This document shows positions 20,299-28,969 of a DNA stretch of 64,000 nt, piece by piece. Where the stretch lies: positions 128,001 through 192,000 of IMG/VR virus record IMGVR_UViG_3300013212_000088; one strand, written 5' to 3'. This DNA comes from a virus (Duplodnaviria; Caudoviricetes). A model generated the notes under the pieces. That model was given only the letters and a program-made list of their open reading frames with translations. It was not told the DNA's origin and searched no databases. Position numbers and translations under genes: made by a program. Each line of letters begins with the position of its first letter. The first letter of the stretch is position 1.

Positions 20299-21134
20299 TA
20301 TTTTTCTCCAAGATTATTTAAGTCTTCAGCTAAACCCGATATATATGATATTTGAGATTTGATATCTTTTAATTTTTCAAATAAATCTTCATTTAAGTTT
20401 TGTGGATTTTCTGTAATATAATATGATTCTGTTCCTACTGTTGCCGAAGAAAACTTTGGGTTAATTCTTGTAACAACTAAACTGTTGATAATTTCATCCA
20501 ACTTGTAAGCAATACTTACAAGTTCATTTCCATGTTCAGCAAGTTGATTTGTTATCTCGCTAGTGTTTGCTTGTGGTAGCTCCATTGAATCTCTTCTTAT
20601 ATCCATTTCTTGTTTTGAAATGTCATTATTTTTCATCCATTTTTGTTGAGCTGGAGTTGGCGGTGTGTAGATTGTAACATTAACGTTACCTCCAGAAACA
20701 TTTACTCTCAAGGCACCAGTGAGTTCAGATAAAATATGTCTATCTGATCTATCGGTTAAAGCGGAAGGATCTACATCTAATTTATGTACTAAAAACTTAT
20801 CAAACATAACATGGGATTTCAAGTTCGGAGTTTGTGTTCCATCTGGTAATACATAAAAAGCATCAATCCCAGTTCTGTCTTGGAAGTATGTTGAAGTTTC
20901 ATTTGAAGGATCAGCCATACTTGAACCAGTTAATTTAGTAGAAATAGTTCTTAAAGTTTCATTAATTGCCTTTAACATAGCTTCTTCTGAGCCATACTTT
21001 TCAATTAATTTTCTTTTTATTGTGTCAGCGTCTTCAGTAGCAGGATCAATATATGAACCTGATCTTAATTCACTTTGGATCATATCTTCAGCTGTTTGTT
21101 TTGAAATAGCTGTTTTAATTCTTGAGTACCACAT
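20298..21134 (-). CDS. Hypothetical protein with MWY..KTA N-terminus
   Basis: Start moved to ATG 21134 (MWYSRIKTAISK), one base after the upstream TAA; contains 'YVLPDG..SH..GALRV'. Confidence 0.6.
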   Translation of the reverse strand: MWYSRIKTAISKQTAEDMIQSELRSGSYIDPATEDADTIKRKLIEKYGSEEAMLKAINETLRTISTKLTGSSMADPSNETSTYFQDRTGIDAFYVLPDGTQTPNLKSHVMFDKFLVHKLDVDPSALTDRSDRHILSELTGALRVNVSGGNVNVTIYTPPTPAQQKWMKNNDISKQEMDIRRDSMELPQANTSEITNQLAEHGNELVSIAYKLDEIINSLVVTRINPKFSSATVGTESYYITENPQNLNEDLFEKLKDIKSQISYISGLAEDLNNLGEK

Positions 21135-21135
21135 A

Positions 21136-22506
21136 TTAACTACCTTTCTTCCTTGATACTTTGTAATATAATTCAACAGGATGCTCGGAAACTAAACTTG
21201 CCCAAAATCCAGGATGTATTTCTTCTGGTGAAACCTTAACTTTGTAAACTTTAAATGATGACCTTCTGTCGTTACAGTAGTTAGTATCACCAAAATCAAT
21301 AGCTTCTTGCGGAGATGTGGCTAATAAAGAACCTGCTCTTAGTGATTGTAAATTAATTCTAGAACCATGATAAAATACATACTTATCGCCTTCTCTTTGA
21401 ACTTTATGTCTTTCGCACCATTGTTCATTAGATTCTGGTTCGATTTGAGCTTTTTTAACGCTTGCTGTGATTACTGGATTACGAGGATCAAACTCAATGT
21501 TTTCTCTGGCATGTTTGATATTTTCAGGATTCCAAGTAATGTAATGTTTTATCGTCTTATTATTGGAATACATTCTGAAAAATTCATTAGGATTCATAAC
21601 AATACTGTCGTGACCTAAGGAATTAACAAATCTTTGAAATATTTCACCCTTAAAGATAACACCTTGATCTTGGTCATGAAATTCTAAAATCCCTTTCAAT
21701 CTATCCATCATCATTGTTGCAGATGACATACCATCAACAGATCCAGTTGTATATTGAATTAAGTCTTCGCAAATTTCATAAGCAGTATCAGATTCAAAAT
21801 AATCAAGTAAAATGTTGTAAAGTTTAAAAATTGCTGTTTTGTAAGAATTATTATCAGATTCATCAACATCATTATCATTCAAAAAATCTAATGATTCATT
21901 TGTATCATCAATAAAAGTTTTTTCTGGATGTTCAGCATCATTTTCAGATGTCAAGTGTAAGGGATTTTTCATCCTTACGTGTGCTGGAATTACTCTAGGT
22001 GTATTTGGTCCTAAAACTGTATCTCTGGCAATTTGTCTTATCAAATAATTTGGGTTATACGGCTTGCGGTTTTCTAGAAAATAATCTTCATATCTTGGAT
22101 CATGGCCATAATTATTCCATAAATAATATTGGTCTAGATCATCTTCTTCACCTAATTGATACTCTAGATTTTCTATATTTACAAGTTGGTCAGGTCCAGT
22201 GCCAGTATAATTCTTGTTGGCATCTTCTTGGTCTGAGGTAAAGTAAAAACCCCGACCAAACACATTGGAAGCTGTTCCTTTGTTGATATCAAATTGGTTA
22301 AACTGGTGTGTAGTACCATGATAAACAGGCTGATTAGGTACCACATGACCCCTAGACCAATCACTATAAAATAAACTAGGGGTTGGTTTTTGTGTTTCTA
22401 ATAATTCTTGCCTCGGCTGCCTTTCAGTTTTAGGTTTTTCTTTAACTGGTTCTTGAGCAACACCCATCCCAGGCAATTGTAATTGTTGTGAATATTTGTA
22501 CCACAT
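21136..22506 (-). CDS. Protein with two ADP-ribosyltransferase-like domains (ART-PolyVal-like + short ART)
   Basis: Domain 1: 'VYHGT..F..FD', 'GRGFYFTSD', 'AHVRMKNPL', 'YITWNPENIK', 'FDPRNP'. Domain 2: 'FYHGS..LRAGSLLATS..A..FG..YKVKV'. Start moved to MWYKYSQQ (22506). Confidence 0.7.
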   Translation of the reverse strand: MWYKYSQQLQLPGMGVAQEPVKEKPKTERQPRQELLETQKPTPSLFYSDWSRGHVVPNQPVYHGTTHQFNQFDINKGTASNVFGRGFYFTSDQEDANKNYTGTGPDQLVNIENLEYQLGEEDDLDQYYLWNNYGHDPRYEDYFLENRKPYNPNYLIRQIARDTVLGPNTPRVIPAHVRMKNPLHLTSENDAEHPEKTFIDDTNESLDFLNDNDVDESDNNSYKTAIFKLYNILLDYFESDTAYEICEDLIQYTTGSVDGMSSATMMMDRLKGILEFHDQDQGVIFKGEIFQRFVNSLGHDSIVMNPNEFFRMYSNNKTIKHYITWNPENIKHARENIEFDPRNPVITASVKKAQIEPESNEQWCERHKVQREGDKYVFYHGSRINLQSLRAGSLLATSPQEAIDFGDTNYCNDRRSSFKVYKVKVSPEEIHPGFWASLVSEHPVELYYKVSRKKGS

Positions 22507-22516
22507 ATTAAATCTT

Positions 22517-22541
22517 TTACCGATTTGTGTGTTTTTCACCT
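22517..22541 (-). promoter_or_regulatory. Variant candidate late promoter AGG-N18-GTAA
   Basis: AGG tgaaaaacacacaaatcg GTAA, 10 nt before ATG 22506; same spacing as at 5598 and 57470. Confidence 0.4.
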
Positions 22542-22554
22542 GTAAAAGAATAAT

Positions 22555-22923
22555 ATGCTTAAGAAATCTTGTGTGATAGAAGAGACTTTTTCTGCAAATA
22601 AAATGTACACACCTATTGCTCGTGGGCAAATGGCTAAAAGCAAAAAATATAATGATTGGATTGCAAAACATACACCAATTTTAAAAGAAAAAATGGAGCC
22701 AGCTAAAGAGTTTCCAATTGATGTTGATATTCTTGTTATGGCTAGTTGGGATTGGAAATATAAAAACGATACAGATAATTTAATTAAGCCTATTGTAGAT
22801 TTGCTAAAAAGAGCAGATATTATCCCCGATGATACAACTAGATACGTAAACTCAGTAAAGGTTAGATATTTGCAAGGGTTTAAGCAGTCAGTGATTTGTA
22901 TTTCTTATGCTATTACTGAATAA
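22555..22923 (+). CDS. rusA: RusA-family Holliday junction resolvase
   Basis: 'FSANKMY' N-terminus, 'KNDTDNLIKPIVDLL..IIPDD..V' carrying the RusA DxDN..K..D..DD catalytic set. Confidence 0.85.
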   Translation: MLKKSCVIEETFSANKMYTPIARGQMAKSKKYNDWIAKHTPILKEKMEPAKEFPIDVDILVMASWDWKYKNDTDNLIKPIVDLLKRADIIPDDTTRYVNSVKVRYLQGFKQSVICISYAITE

Positions 22924-22950
22924 AAAACCCTCCATATGGAGGGTTTTTTT
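22922..22950. terminator. Bidirectional intrinsic terminator
   Basis: Perfect palindrome aaaaaaccctccatatggagggtttttt between convergent genes. Confidence 0.9.
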
Positions 22951-22951
22951 A

Positions 22952-23332
22952 TTAGCTAAGAAGTTCGATGTAGTCTGTAATTTTTTTCAATTTCTCATCA
23001 GGTGAAATATTCTGTCTATCAAGCTTTAGTTCTTGAATAATCTTTGAAATATTATAATTGACAGATTTTGGGTTTGTGCCTTTTGGGTGTACATAGCAAG
23101 GACCCAATAAAGATTTACTCATAACAAAAGATGAGGAAGAACCGATTATGGAAGAATCTTTAGCTGATTTAAGTAAACTGTTATCAAAGAAGTTTTCCAT
23201 AGCGTATTTCATATCAACTTTGATATTACATGCTCTTGAAAAATTATAAAAATCTTGATCACTAAAAGTAACTCCATTAGCTACACAAACATAAATAAAA
23301 TTCCAAAGAAATTGATTTTTATTAAAATTCAT
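22952..23332 (-). CDS. Hypothetical protein
   Basis: 126 aa ORF with GAGG SD and a sigma70-like promoter upstream. Confidence 0.6.
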   Translation of the reverse strand: MNFNKNQFLWNFIYVCVANGVTFSDQDFYNFSRACNIKVDMKYAMENFFDNSLLKSAKDSSIIGSSSSFVMSKSLLGPCYVHPKGTNPKSVNYNISKIIQELKLDRQNISPDEKLKKITDYIELLS

Positions 23333-23352
23333 TATTATATACCTCTTTAAAT

Positions 23353-23380
23353 ATCATACCATTAATAAATGAGCTGTCAA
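23353..23380 (-). promoter_or_regulatory. Sigma70-type promoter TTGACA-N16-TATGAT with extended -10
   Basis: Minus strand ttgaca gctcatttattaaTGg TATGAT; the -35 lies in one arm of the hairpin at 23366-23402. Confidence 0.6.
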
Positions 23381-23402
23381 GAATTACTTGACAGCTCATT
23401 TA
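23366..23402 (-). terminator. 16-bp perfect hairpin downstream of the GH5 gene
   Basis: taaatgagctgtcaag-aatta-cttgacagctcattta, a few bases past the GH5 stop. Confidence 0.7.
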
Positions 23403-23409
23403 CATTCAA

Positions 23410-25755
23410 TTAAACAGGCTTGATGTATTGAATAAACTTAGCAAGATAAGCTGTTAATTTTGCAACAGTTGCCTTTTTAAGCATAAGGTTATAATCAGCC
23501 AAAGCCTTGTTATATAAATCAGCTCTAAATAGAGCAATCTCTTTACTTGCTAATGCAGATACTTCATTCTCATCAGTGTACTTTGCATCAATTTCTGCAA
23601 TATCTACAAGCTCTAAATTACCTACAGCAGATTCAAAATACTGCTTTGTTTCTTCATCTTGTAGAACATCATAAACATCCATAGAATCTTTGATGTAAAG
23701 TTTTAAATCTTCTTTTAATGATAATAATGATTGATTAAGTTTTGTATTTAATAAACTATCAATTTCTGCTTTAGTAATTGAATCAACAGGTAAAGGCGAT
23801 GGAGTTGGAGCAGGATTAGGCGTAGGCTGTGGATTTGGTTGAGGGATTGGCTGAATAGCATTTCCTTCACCAATAAAATTACCACTATCCCAATTTTGCA
23901 TATGCTTAGCTTGCATTTGACCTACATCAGTCAATTTTACATTTGCAAGATTACCATCTTCAACCATTGGACATGCATCTTCACCCATTCTCGTCCAGGC
24001 CCAAGTTGCAAACCCAATAACATTTGGATATAACTTTGAAATCTTCTGCATCTCAATGTTAATGCCTTTCTGCCATTCAATATCTCCGCAGCCATACTCT
24101 TCAATAATTACTGCTACACCCTTATCCAATATTGGTTTTAGGTTAGGAATAACTTCTGTTGCGCCGTTATAAGCATGGTAAGCGTATGCGTCAACTAAGA
24201 GAGGATCGATTAAATCATTTGCTTCAGGGCTAGTATTTTCTTTTGACCACTTAGATGTTGGACAAATAAGAAAAGCGTCAGCATCGATAGACCTATAAAT
24301 TGTTGCTGCCTTTTGAAGAATAGGCTTACATAAACTCCAATCTCCAATATCGTTAGGTTCGTTTGTAAGACAAACCCACACTGGTAAACCCTTCCAATTA
24401 TTAGCCATAAGTTCAATAAGTTTATAAAAACCTTCTGACTTTTCGTATAAATCATTGCCTGTTGGAATGTGTTGAGGTCCAACAATGACATGGCACCCAG
24501 CGGTGAGCATTTTCCCAATAGTGTCTTGAATTCTATTTCTATAAATATGGTCAGAAATATATTTGTCTGGATTAAACAAAAATCTTAAAAACTTATGACC
24601 AAGATACTTTAATGAACCAAAATATCCAATTCTATTATAGTCGGGTGATTCTGACCATAAATATTGGTTACCATAATTACCGCCTCTTATAGCTGTAATT
24701 GCATTAGCGCCAGTTGTGCCTTCATAAATATTGTATGGAGTGCCATCGAGATTTACCAATTGTCCATTACCAACTCTAAGTCTTGGAGGAAGCTTTGAGT
24801 CAGGACATTTTGTGACCCAGCTATCACCACCAACTTGAATGTTAATACCAGGCCAAACCCAGTTTTGTAGTTTCCAATTGTAATCAAATAATCCAAACTG
24901 CAAATTATGAATACCACTGACAGCAGGATAATCAAAAACTATTTCACCTTCAGAATACCAATATGGATCAGGTCCATCAGCTACCTTTGTTGCACCGTCA
25001 GGAAGAACATTTGCGCCGTCCCTTCTAGCGTATGCAATCCAAGGTTGTTGAAACATTGAAGCACCTTTAGCTAATAAGAACCAACCACCCCAAGTAGTAA
25101 ATGTTTTGGCTGGCATTTTGATTACATATGGAATGTGTAACTTACCATCAGGAGCTGGGTCTTGAATTTTGCTAGTCAAGATTTCTACAAATGGAGTTTT
25201 AACTCTTTTTTGTTTGGTAGTAATCTCAAATGAAACATTTTCAGCCATCTGATCTGCAAGAACTGCCCAATGATAAGTAAAGAAAATAAATCTGAAACTG
25301 TCATATTTTCCAACATCAAATGTGCTAATATCAAAGTTAAAAGTTTGAGTTTCTCCAGAGAACAAACTAAACTTAAAGTATTTTTTAGCTGCATCATCAT
25401 TAGGAACCCAGTTAATCCATTGCTCTGTAATTTGTCCAGTTGTTGGGTTTGTGTAAGTTCTTCTCATCCAAACTTGACATAAATCTGCGTCAATTGGTGC
25501 TGATGGGTTTGTTGTTCTGATCTTTAAGTTTACGTCTCCAAGATCTACAGTTGGAATTAATTCAAGTTTTTCAAAAAATGATGCAAATGAAGATACTTGA
25601 AAATCTTCAAATTTGCTCTTGTTTACTTTGTCAATTAAATTGAAATCTTCTTGTAATTGTTGATTCGGCTGATAAAAGATTTCACTAATTTCTACGCCTT
25701 TTTCTTGCACCTGGTCAAAATCAGTAGGTAGTTTTTTGTTAAAAAAATTAAACAT
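23410..25755 (-). CDS. GH5-family glycoside hydrolase with N-terminal beta domains, Pro-rich linker and helical C-terminus
   Basis: GH5 signature set: 'FLRF', 'TNEP' (acid/base), 'YHAY', 'IEEYG' (nucleophile), 'WAW'; PQPNPQPTPNPAPTP linker. Start moved to ATG 25755 (AAGGAG SD). Confidence 0.8.
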   Translation of the reverse strand: MFNFFNKKLPTDFDQVQEKGVEISEIFYQPNQQLQEDFNLIDKVNKSKFEDFQVSSFASFFEKLELIPTVDLGDVNLKIRTTNPSAPIDADLCQVWMRRTYTNPTTGQITEQWINWVPNDDAAKKYFKFSLFSGETQTFNFDISTFDVGKYDSFRFIFFTYHWAVLADQMAENVSFEITTKQKRVKTPFVEILTSKIQDPAPDGKLHIPYVIKMPAKTFTTWGGWFLLAKGASMFQQPWIAYARRDGANVLPDGATKVADGPDPYWYSEGEIVFDYPAVSGIHNLQFGLFDYNWKLQNWVWPGINIQVGGDSWVTKCPDSKLPPRLRVGNGQLVNLDGTPYNIYEGTTGANAITAIRGGNYGNQYLWSESPDYNRIGYFGSLKYLGHKFLRFLFNPDKYISDHIYRNRIQDTIGKMLTAGCHVIVGPQHIPTGNDLYEKSEGFYKLIELMANNWKGLPVWVCLTNEPNDIGDWSLCKPILQKAATIYRSIDADAFLICPTSKWSKENTSPEANDLIDPLLVDAYAYHAYNGATEVIPNLKPILDKGVAVIIEEYGCGDIEWQKGINIEMQKISKLYPNVIGFATWAWTRMGEDACPMVEDGNLANVKLTDVGQMQAKHMQNWDSGNFIGEGNAIQPIPQPNPQPTPNPAPTPSPLPVDSITKAEIDSLLNTKLNQSLLSLKEDLKLYIKDSMDVYDVLQDEETKQYFESAVGNLELVDIAEIDAKYTDENEVSALASKEIALFRADLYNKALADYNLMLKKATVAKLTAYLAKFIQYIKPV

Positions 25756-25795
25756 ATACACTCCTTTGAGCCATAAAGCTCTTGTGGTAATAATA

Positions 25796-25820
25796 TTGTT
25801 ATAAACGCTTTGAAAATCCA
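25796..25820 (-). promoter_or_regulatory. Variant candidate late promoter TGG-N18-ACAA for the GH5 gene
   Basis: tGG attttcaaagcgtttata ACAA, 40 nt upstream of ATG 25755. Confidence 0.35.
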
Positions 25821-25826
25821 TTATCA

Positions 25827-25855
25827 TTGCAATGCTTAATAATGAAGACTATAAT
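25827..25855 (+). promoter_or_regulatory. Sigma70-type early promoter TTGCAA-N17-TATAAT
   Basis: ttgcaa tgcttaataatgaagac tataat, 5 nt before ATG 25861 with no SD; likely a leaderless first gene. Confidence 0.75.
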
Positions 25856-25860
25856 CTTGT

Positions 25861-26091
25861 ATGTTCATTTTTTCAAAAGCCTTCCCATTAATGAAAAAAG
25901 GTTATAGAATCCGTCATAAAAGATGGCCCGAGCTTTATTTCATTTTACTTAAAGAAAATAAAGTTTACGATAGTAGTGGAAATCTATACAGCGAAGATTT
26001 TGAAGACTATTTAATTAAAAATTCTGATGTTCAAGATAACGCTGGGCATATTTGGGAACTTTATTATGAAGTTTTAGATGAAAACTTATGA
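25861..26091 (+). CDS. DUF2829/Tad2-like protein (diverged)
   Basis: 'FSKAFPLMKKGYRIRHKRW' matches the Tad2 N-terminal pattern; C-terminal 'DNAGHIWEL' is a degenerate 'D..A.DW'. Confidence 0.55.
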   Translation: MFIFSKAFPLMKKGYRIRHKRWPELYFILLKENKVYDSSGNLYSEDFEDYLIKNSDVQDNAGHIWELYYEVLDENL

Positions 26092-26402
26092 ACGAAAAAG
26101 AGTGGATTGAGAAAATTAAAAAAGAATGCATATTAAACATTGGCAATTTTGATGTAAAATATGCAATCCAATTAGTGGGTCGTTCTGGAAGTAAAATTGG
26201 AATTGTTTCTCTTAACAAAAGATTCATGTCTGTTGATATAATCGATAAAGTTAAATATGAAAGATTTTACGATAACTTTTATTCAAGAAACAACAAAGAG
26301 GCTAGACCACCTTTGGTAATCGATTATCACATTGAGCATCCTATAACACAAAAAGGATTTAAAGTTCTTTGGCATTTTTATTATGGAAAATTTAAAAAGT
26401 AA
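26088..26402 (+). CDS. Hypothetical early protein
   Basis: 104 aa, ATGA-coupled. Confidence 0.6.
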   Translation: MNEKEWIEKIKKECILNIGNFDVKYAIQLVGRSGSKIGIVSLNKRFMSVDIIDKVKYERFYDNFYSRNNKEARPPLVIDYHIEHPITQKGFKVLWHFYYGKFKK

Positions 26403-26992
26403 TGGCAAGATTTAAGCATAGTTTTTTCAGATACATACCAAGTACTGATGAGAGACAATCTTTTTTTAAGTTTGTAGAGACGTTCGAAACTGATAATGAT
26501 TCAGTTCCAAAGTATGATGATCATTATTGCATTGATCATATTGTCAATTTAGACAATGGGCAAATGAGAGTTAAAAATCATTCAGCACCAGAATATTGCG
26601 TGTCCAAATATGTAGGATGGTCTTTAAGCCTACCTCCCGTCGAAAAGACAAATAAACAAGAAATATATGTAGTTATTCATAGAAGTTCTTTTGCTCACAA
26701 AAGAATTGAATTTGATGAGTTTTTAGAGCCAAAAGATAAGCGATATACTCAAGATGAATGGAACTCTCTCTTATCTTCAATTGAAAAGAAGTTCAATAGA
26801 CAAAAAGAATGGGCTAAAGAAGGTATCAGAGTTCCAAGTCAATATGAAGATGGAACTCAAGTATTTAGAGCTGAAGAAGAGTTTAGAGCATTTTCATTAG
26901 GAAGACGTGCTTATTTCCTTTATCATTTAGTAAATAGTCATAAGTTTACTCATCTAGTTCGTAGGTTGAATATTGGGTATACAAGTGGATAA
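26402..26992 (+). CDS. Hypothetical early protein
   Basis: 196 aa, TAATG-coupled. Confidence 0.6.
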   Translation: MARFKHSFFRYIPSTDERQSFFKFVETFETDNDSVPKYDDHYCIDHIVNLDNGQMRVKNHSAPEYCVSKYVGWSLSLPPVEKTNKQEIYVVIHRSSFAHKRIEFDEFLEPKDKRYTQDEWNSLLSSIEKKFNRQKEWAKEGIRVPSQYEDGTQVFRAEEEFRAFSLGRRAYFLYHLVNSHKFTHLVRRLNIGYTSG

Positions 26993-27233
26993 AACTACCA
27001 TCATCAATTGTGATTGCTTGTGTCATTCTTTACATGTACGTCCAGATACAGAATTAAAAACTGTGGATATATCACTTTGGAATTATGGTTTTAATGATGG
27101 TAAATTACATTGGAAAAAAAGATTACAAATTCTTATTGATGGATTTGCTTACTCAGATTTAGTTGTTTTAGATAAAGAAGAGCTTGATAAATTAATTATT
27201 GCACTGGAGGAAGCCCGTGGAAGAATTGCCTAA
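26985..27233 (+). CDS. Hypothetical early protein with CxCxCH motif
   Basis: 'NCDCLCHSLHV'; GTG start at 26985 preferred over TTG 26973. Confidence 0.6.
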   Translation: MDKTTIINCDCLCHSLHVRPDTELKTVDISLWNYGFNDGKLHWKKRLQILIDGFAYSDLVVLDKEELDKLIIALEEARGRIA

Positions 27234-28068
27234 AAACCAAAAAGAGTACTATCATAACAAAGTTCGTGAGTTTGAAAAGCGCACAGGAAAAAGTATGAAT
27301 GTTAAGGGTGTTAGTAAAATGTATGATTGTAATATTGAATATGCTATATATGACACTCCAGCTGCTATGAACATGATGCAAAAACACGGATGCTATATCT
27401 ATCACAGTTTATTAGCAGAAGAAGACCCTCGCCCTAATGGTACTGACTGGCAGATGTATGCTTTCGCTTATGTAAATGGCAAGGTATACAAATACTATTA
27501 TGAAACCAAACAATGGGGTGCAGAAGTTAAAGATTTTACACATCACCAAAATGAAGACAAAACTTGGAAAGCTGCGAAGTTGGATAAGGCTAATTTCCCA
27601 TATACTTTAGATCCAGGTGAAGATTACTTACCTTATGCAGTCGAAAACAAGCATATTGGCTCTAATTTTGATGATTTTTTAAAGACAAATAAAATTGAAC
27701 TAAAAAGAGATATCAATTGGGCTGTAAAAATGCTTAATGCTGGAAAGATGATGTCTAGAGAAGGTAATCCTAGTCTTACATTATTTCCTAAAAAATATGA
27801 CCATGCAGAATCCACAATCACCACAGAAGATCTTTTTGCTGAAGATTGGGTTGTGGTGCAGAGTAAATCATTCAAAGATGTAGTGGATGATTTAAATGCT
27901 GGAAAAACAATCAGACGTAAAAGTTGGCATTCTGATTGGGGTGTTGGTAAATATGCTAGATACGGCAAAATTATTTATTTAGATTTAATTGCTGATGACT
28001 GGGAAGTTGTTGATGTCGTAGCTGAAGTTGATAAAATTCAAAAAGACCTAAAAGATGGAAAAATTTAG
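27217..28068 (+). CDS. Fusion protein: unknown N-domain + antitoxin-like peptide + two tandem DUF2829/Tad2-like domains
   Basis: GTG 27217 with GGAGG SD; 'WAVKMLNAGKMMSREG..EDLFAEDWVVV' and 'FKDVVDDLNAGKTIRRKSW..DLIADDWEVV'. Confidence 0.7.
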   Translation: MEELPKNQKEYYHNKVREFEKRTGKSMNVKGVSKMYDCNIEYAIYDTPAAMNMMQKHGCYIYHSLLAEEDPRPNGTDWQMYAFAYVNGKVYKYYYETKQWGAEVKDFTHHQNEDKTWKAAKLDKANFPYTLDPGEDYLPYAVENKHIGSNFDDFLKTNKIELKRDINWAVKMLNAGKMMSREGNPSLTLFPKKYDHAESTITTEDLFAEDWVVVQSKSFKDVVDDLNAGKTIRRKSWHSDWGVGKYARYGKIIYLDLIADDWEVVDVVAEVDKIQKDLKDGKI

Positions 28069-28255
28069 TGCAATTTTATTATCAGCAATTTTTGTCTGTT
28101 CCTTATGTAGCTGGGCTTACTTTCTTATAGGATCATTTAAAGTTGTTATTAAGAAAGATCGATCTTTCTTGCAATTCACTTCTTCTTTTCTTATAATTAG
28201 TGGAATGTTAAGTAGTTTGTTTTTCTTGGTTCTGAGAGTATTTTATGGAAGCTGA
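28055..28255 (+). CDS. Small membrane protein (two hydrophobic segments)
   Basis: 66 aa with two long hydrophobic stretches separated by KKDR. Confidence 0.6.
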   Translation: MEKFSAILLSAIFVCSLCSWAYFLIGSFKVVIKKDRSFLQFTSSFLIISGMLSSLFFLVLRVFYGS

Positions 28256-28514
28256 GCCTAGAATTTACAGTGAAGAATATGTAAGAGGGCGTATATGGTC
28301 TTTTACTAGATTTAATAAATATTTACGACAAATTGCTCATATTTTTTGTGAAGAGTTTCAATATGACAAAGATGACATTATTGAAGTTAGTCTTTGTGAT
28401 GATGGCAAAACAGTCTGGGTTCATTTTGACTCTGGCACAATTGGTTTTGCTTCTGAATTACTTTGGGATAACAATGTAAGAGAAACATTTAGAAAAAATT
28501 ATAAGGTAGACTAA
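28245..28514 (+). CDS. Hypothetical early protein
   Basis: 89 aa, overlaps both neighbours. Confidence 0.6.
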   Translation: MEAEPRIYSEEYVRGRIWSFTRFNKYLRQIAHIFCEEFQYDKDDIIEVSLCDDGKTVWVHFDSGTIGFASELLWDNNVRETFRKNYKVD

Positions 28515-28729
28515 TGCTGCCAATACCACATGATATAATTGAAAAGCTAAATGATGGATATTTTTTAATTGTTAAAGATGAAAAAAATATTACAGCTTGG
28601 CGAATCAAAGATGGTGAGCTTCAAAATAGGTGCAAGCATAAAACTGGTACAACTCATTGGATGACAATAAAGTATCTTATCTTGCCCATGGAAGCTGAAT
28701 ATTCGTTTAAGAAGATGAATGGAGAATGA
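28514..28729 (+). CDS. Small paralogue family B, member 1
   Basis: 'IPHDIIEKLNDG..WRIKDG..W' shared with 28739 and 30649. Confidence 0.6.
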   Translation: MLPIPHDIIEKLNDGYFLIVKDEKNITAWRIKDGELQNRCKHKTGTTHWMTIKYLILPMEAEYSFKKMNGE

Positions 28730-28738
28730 GTGGAATAA

Positions 28739-28969
28739 ATGTTTAATATTTCTTTTGATATAATATACAAATTGAAAATGGGCTTTGTCGTTGTTCAAAA
28801 GCATGACAATGGTGTTTCAAAATGGAGAATCTTAGGCGATAGATTTGAGTCTTGCTTTTGTGATGAAAGTGTAACCGAGAACATCTGGGTTAAAGCTGAT
28901 GTATTGACTCTTGATCCTAATGCTTCTTATAGTTTTGTTCCAAAAACAAAAAATAAAAATGACTGGTAG
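28739..28969 (+). CDS. Small paralogue family B, member 2
   Basis: 'ISFDIIYKLKMG..WRILGD..W'. Confidence 0.6.
   Translation: MFNISFDIIYKLKMGFVVVQKHDNGVSKWRILGDRFESCFCDESVTENIWVKADVLTLDPNASYSFVPKTKNKNDW

Noticed and set aside
25756-25827. N-terminal extensions in the ORF track (also at 143, 21176, 22671, 28911, 29210, 30830, 32804, 35394, 35413, 36355, 39565, 48526, 63251)
   Set aside because: Downstream starts fit SD sequences, stop-start coupling or promoter positions better; the extensions overlap neighbouring genes or promoters.
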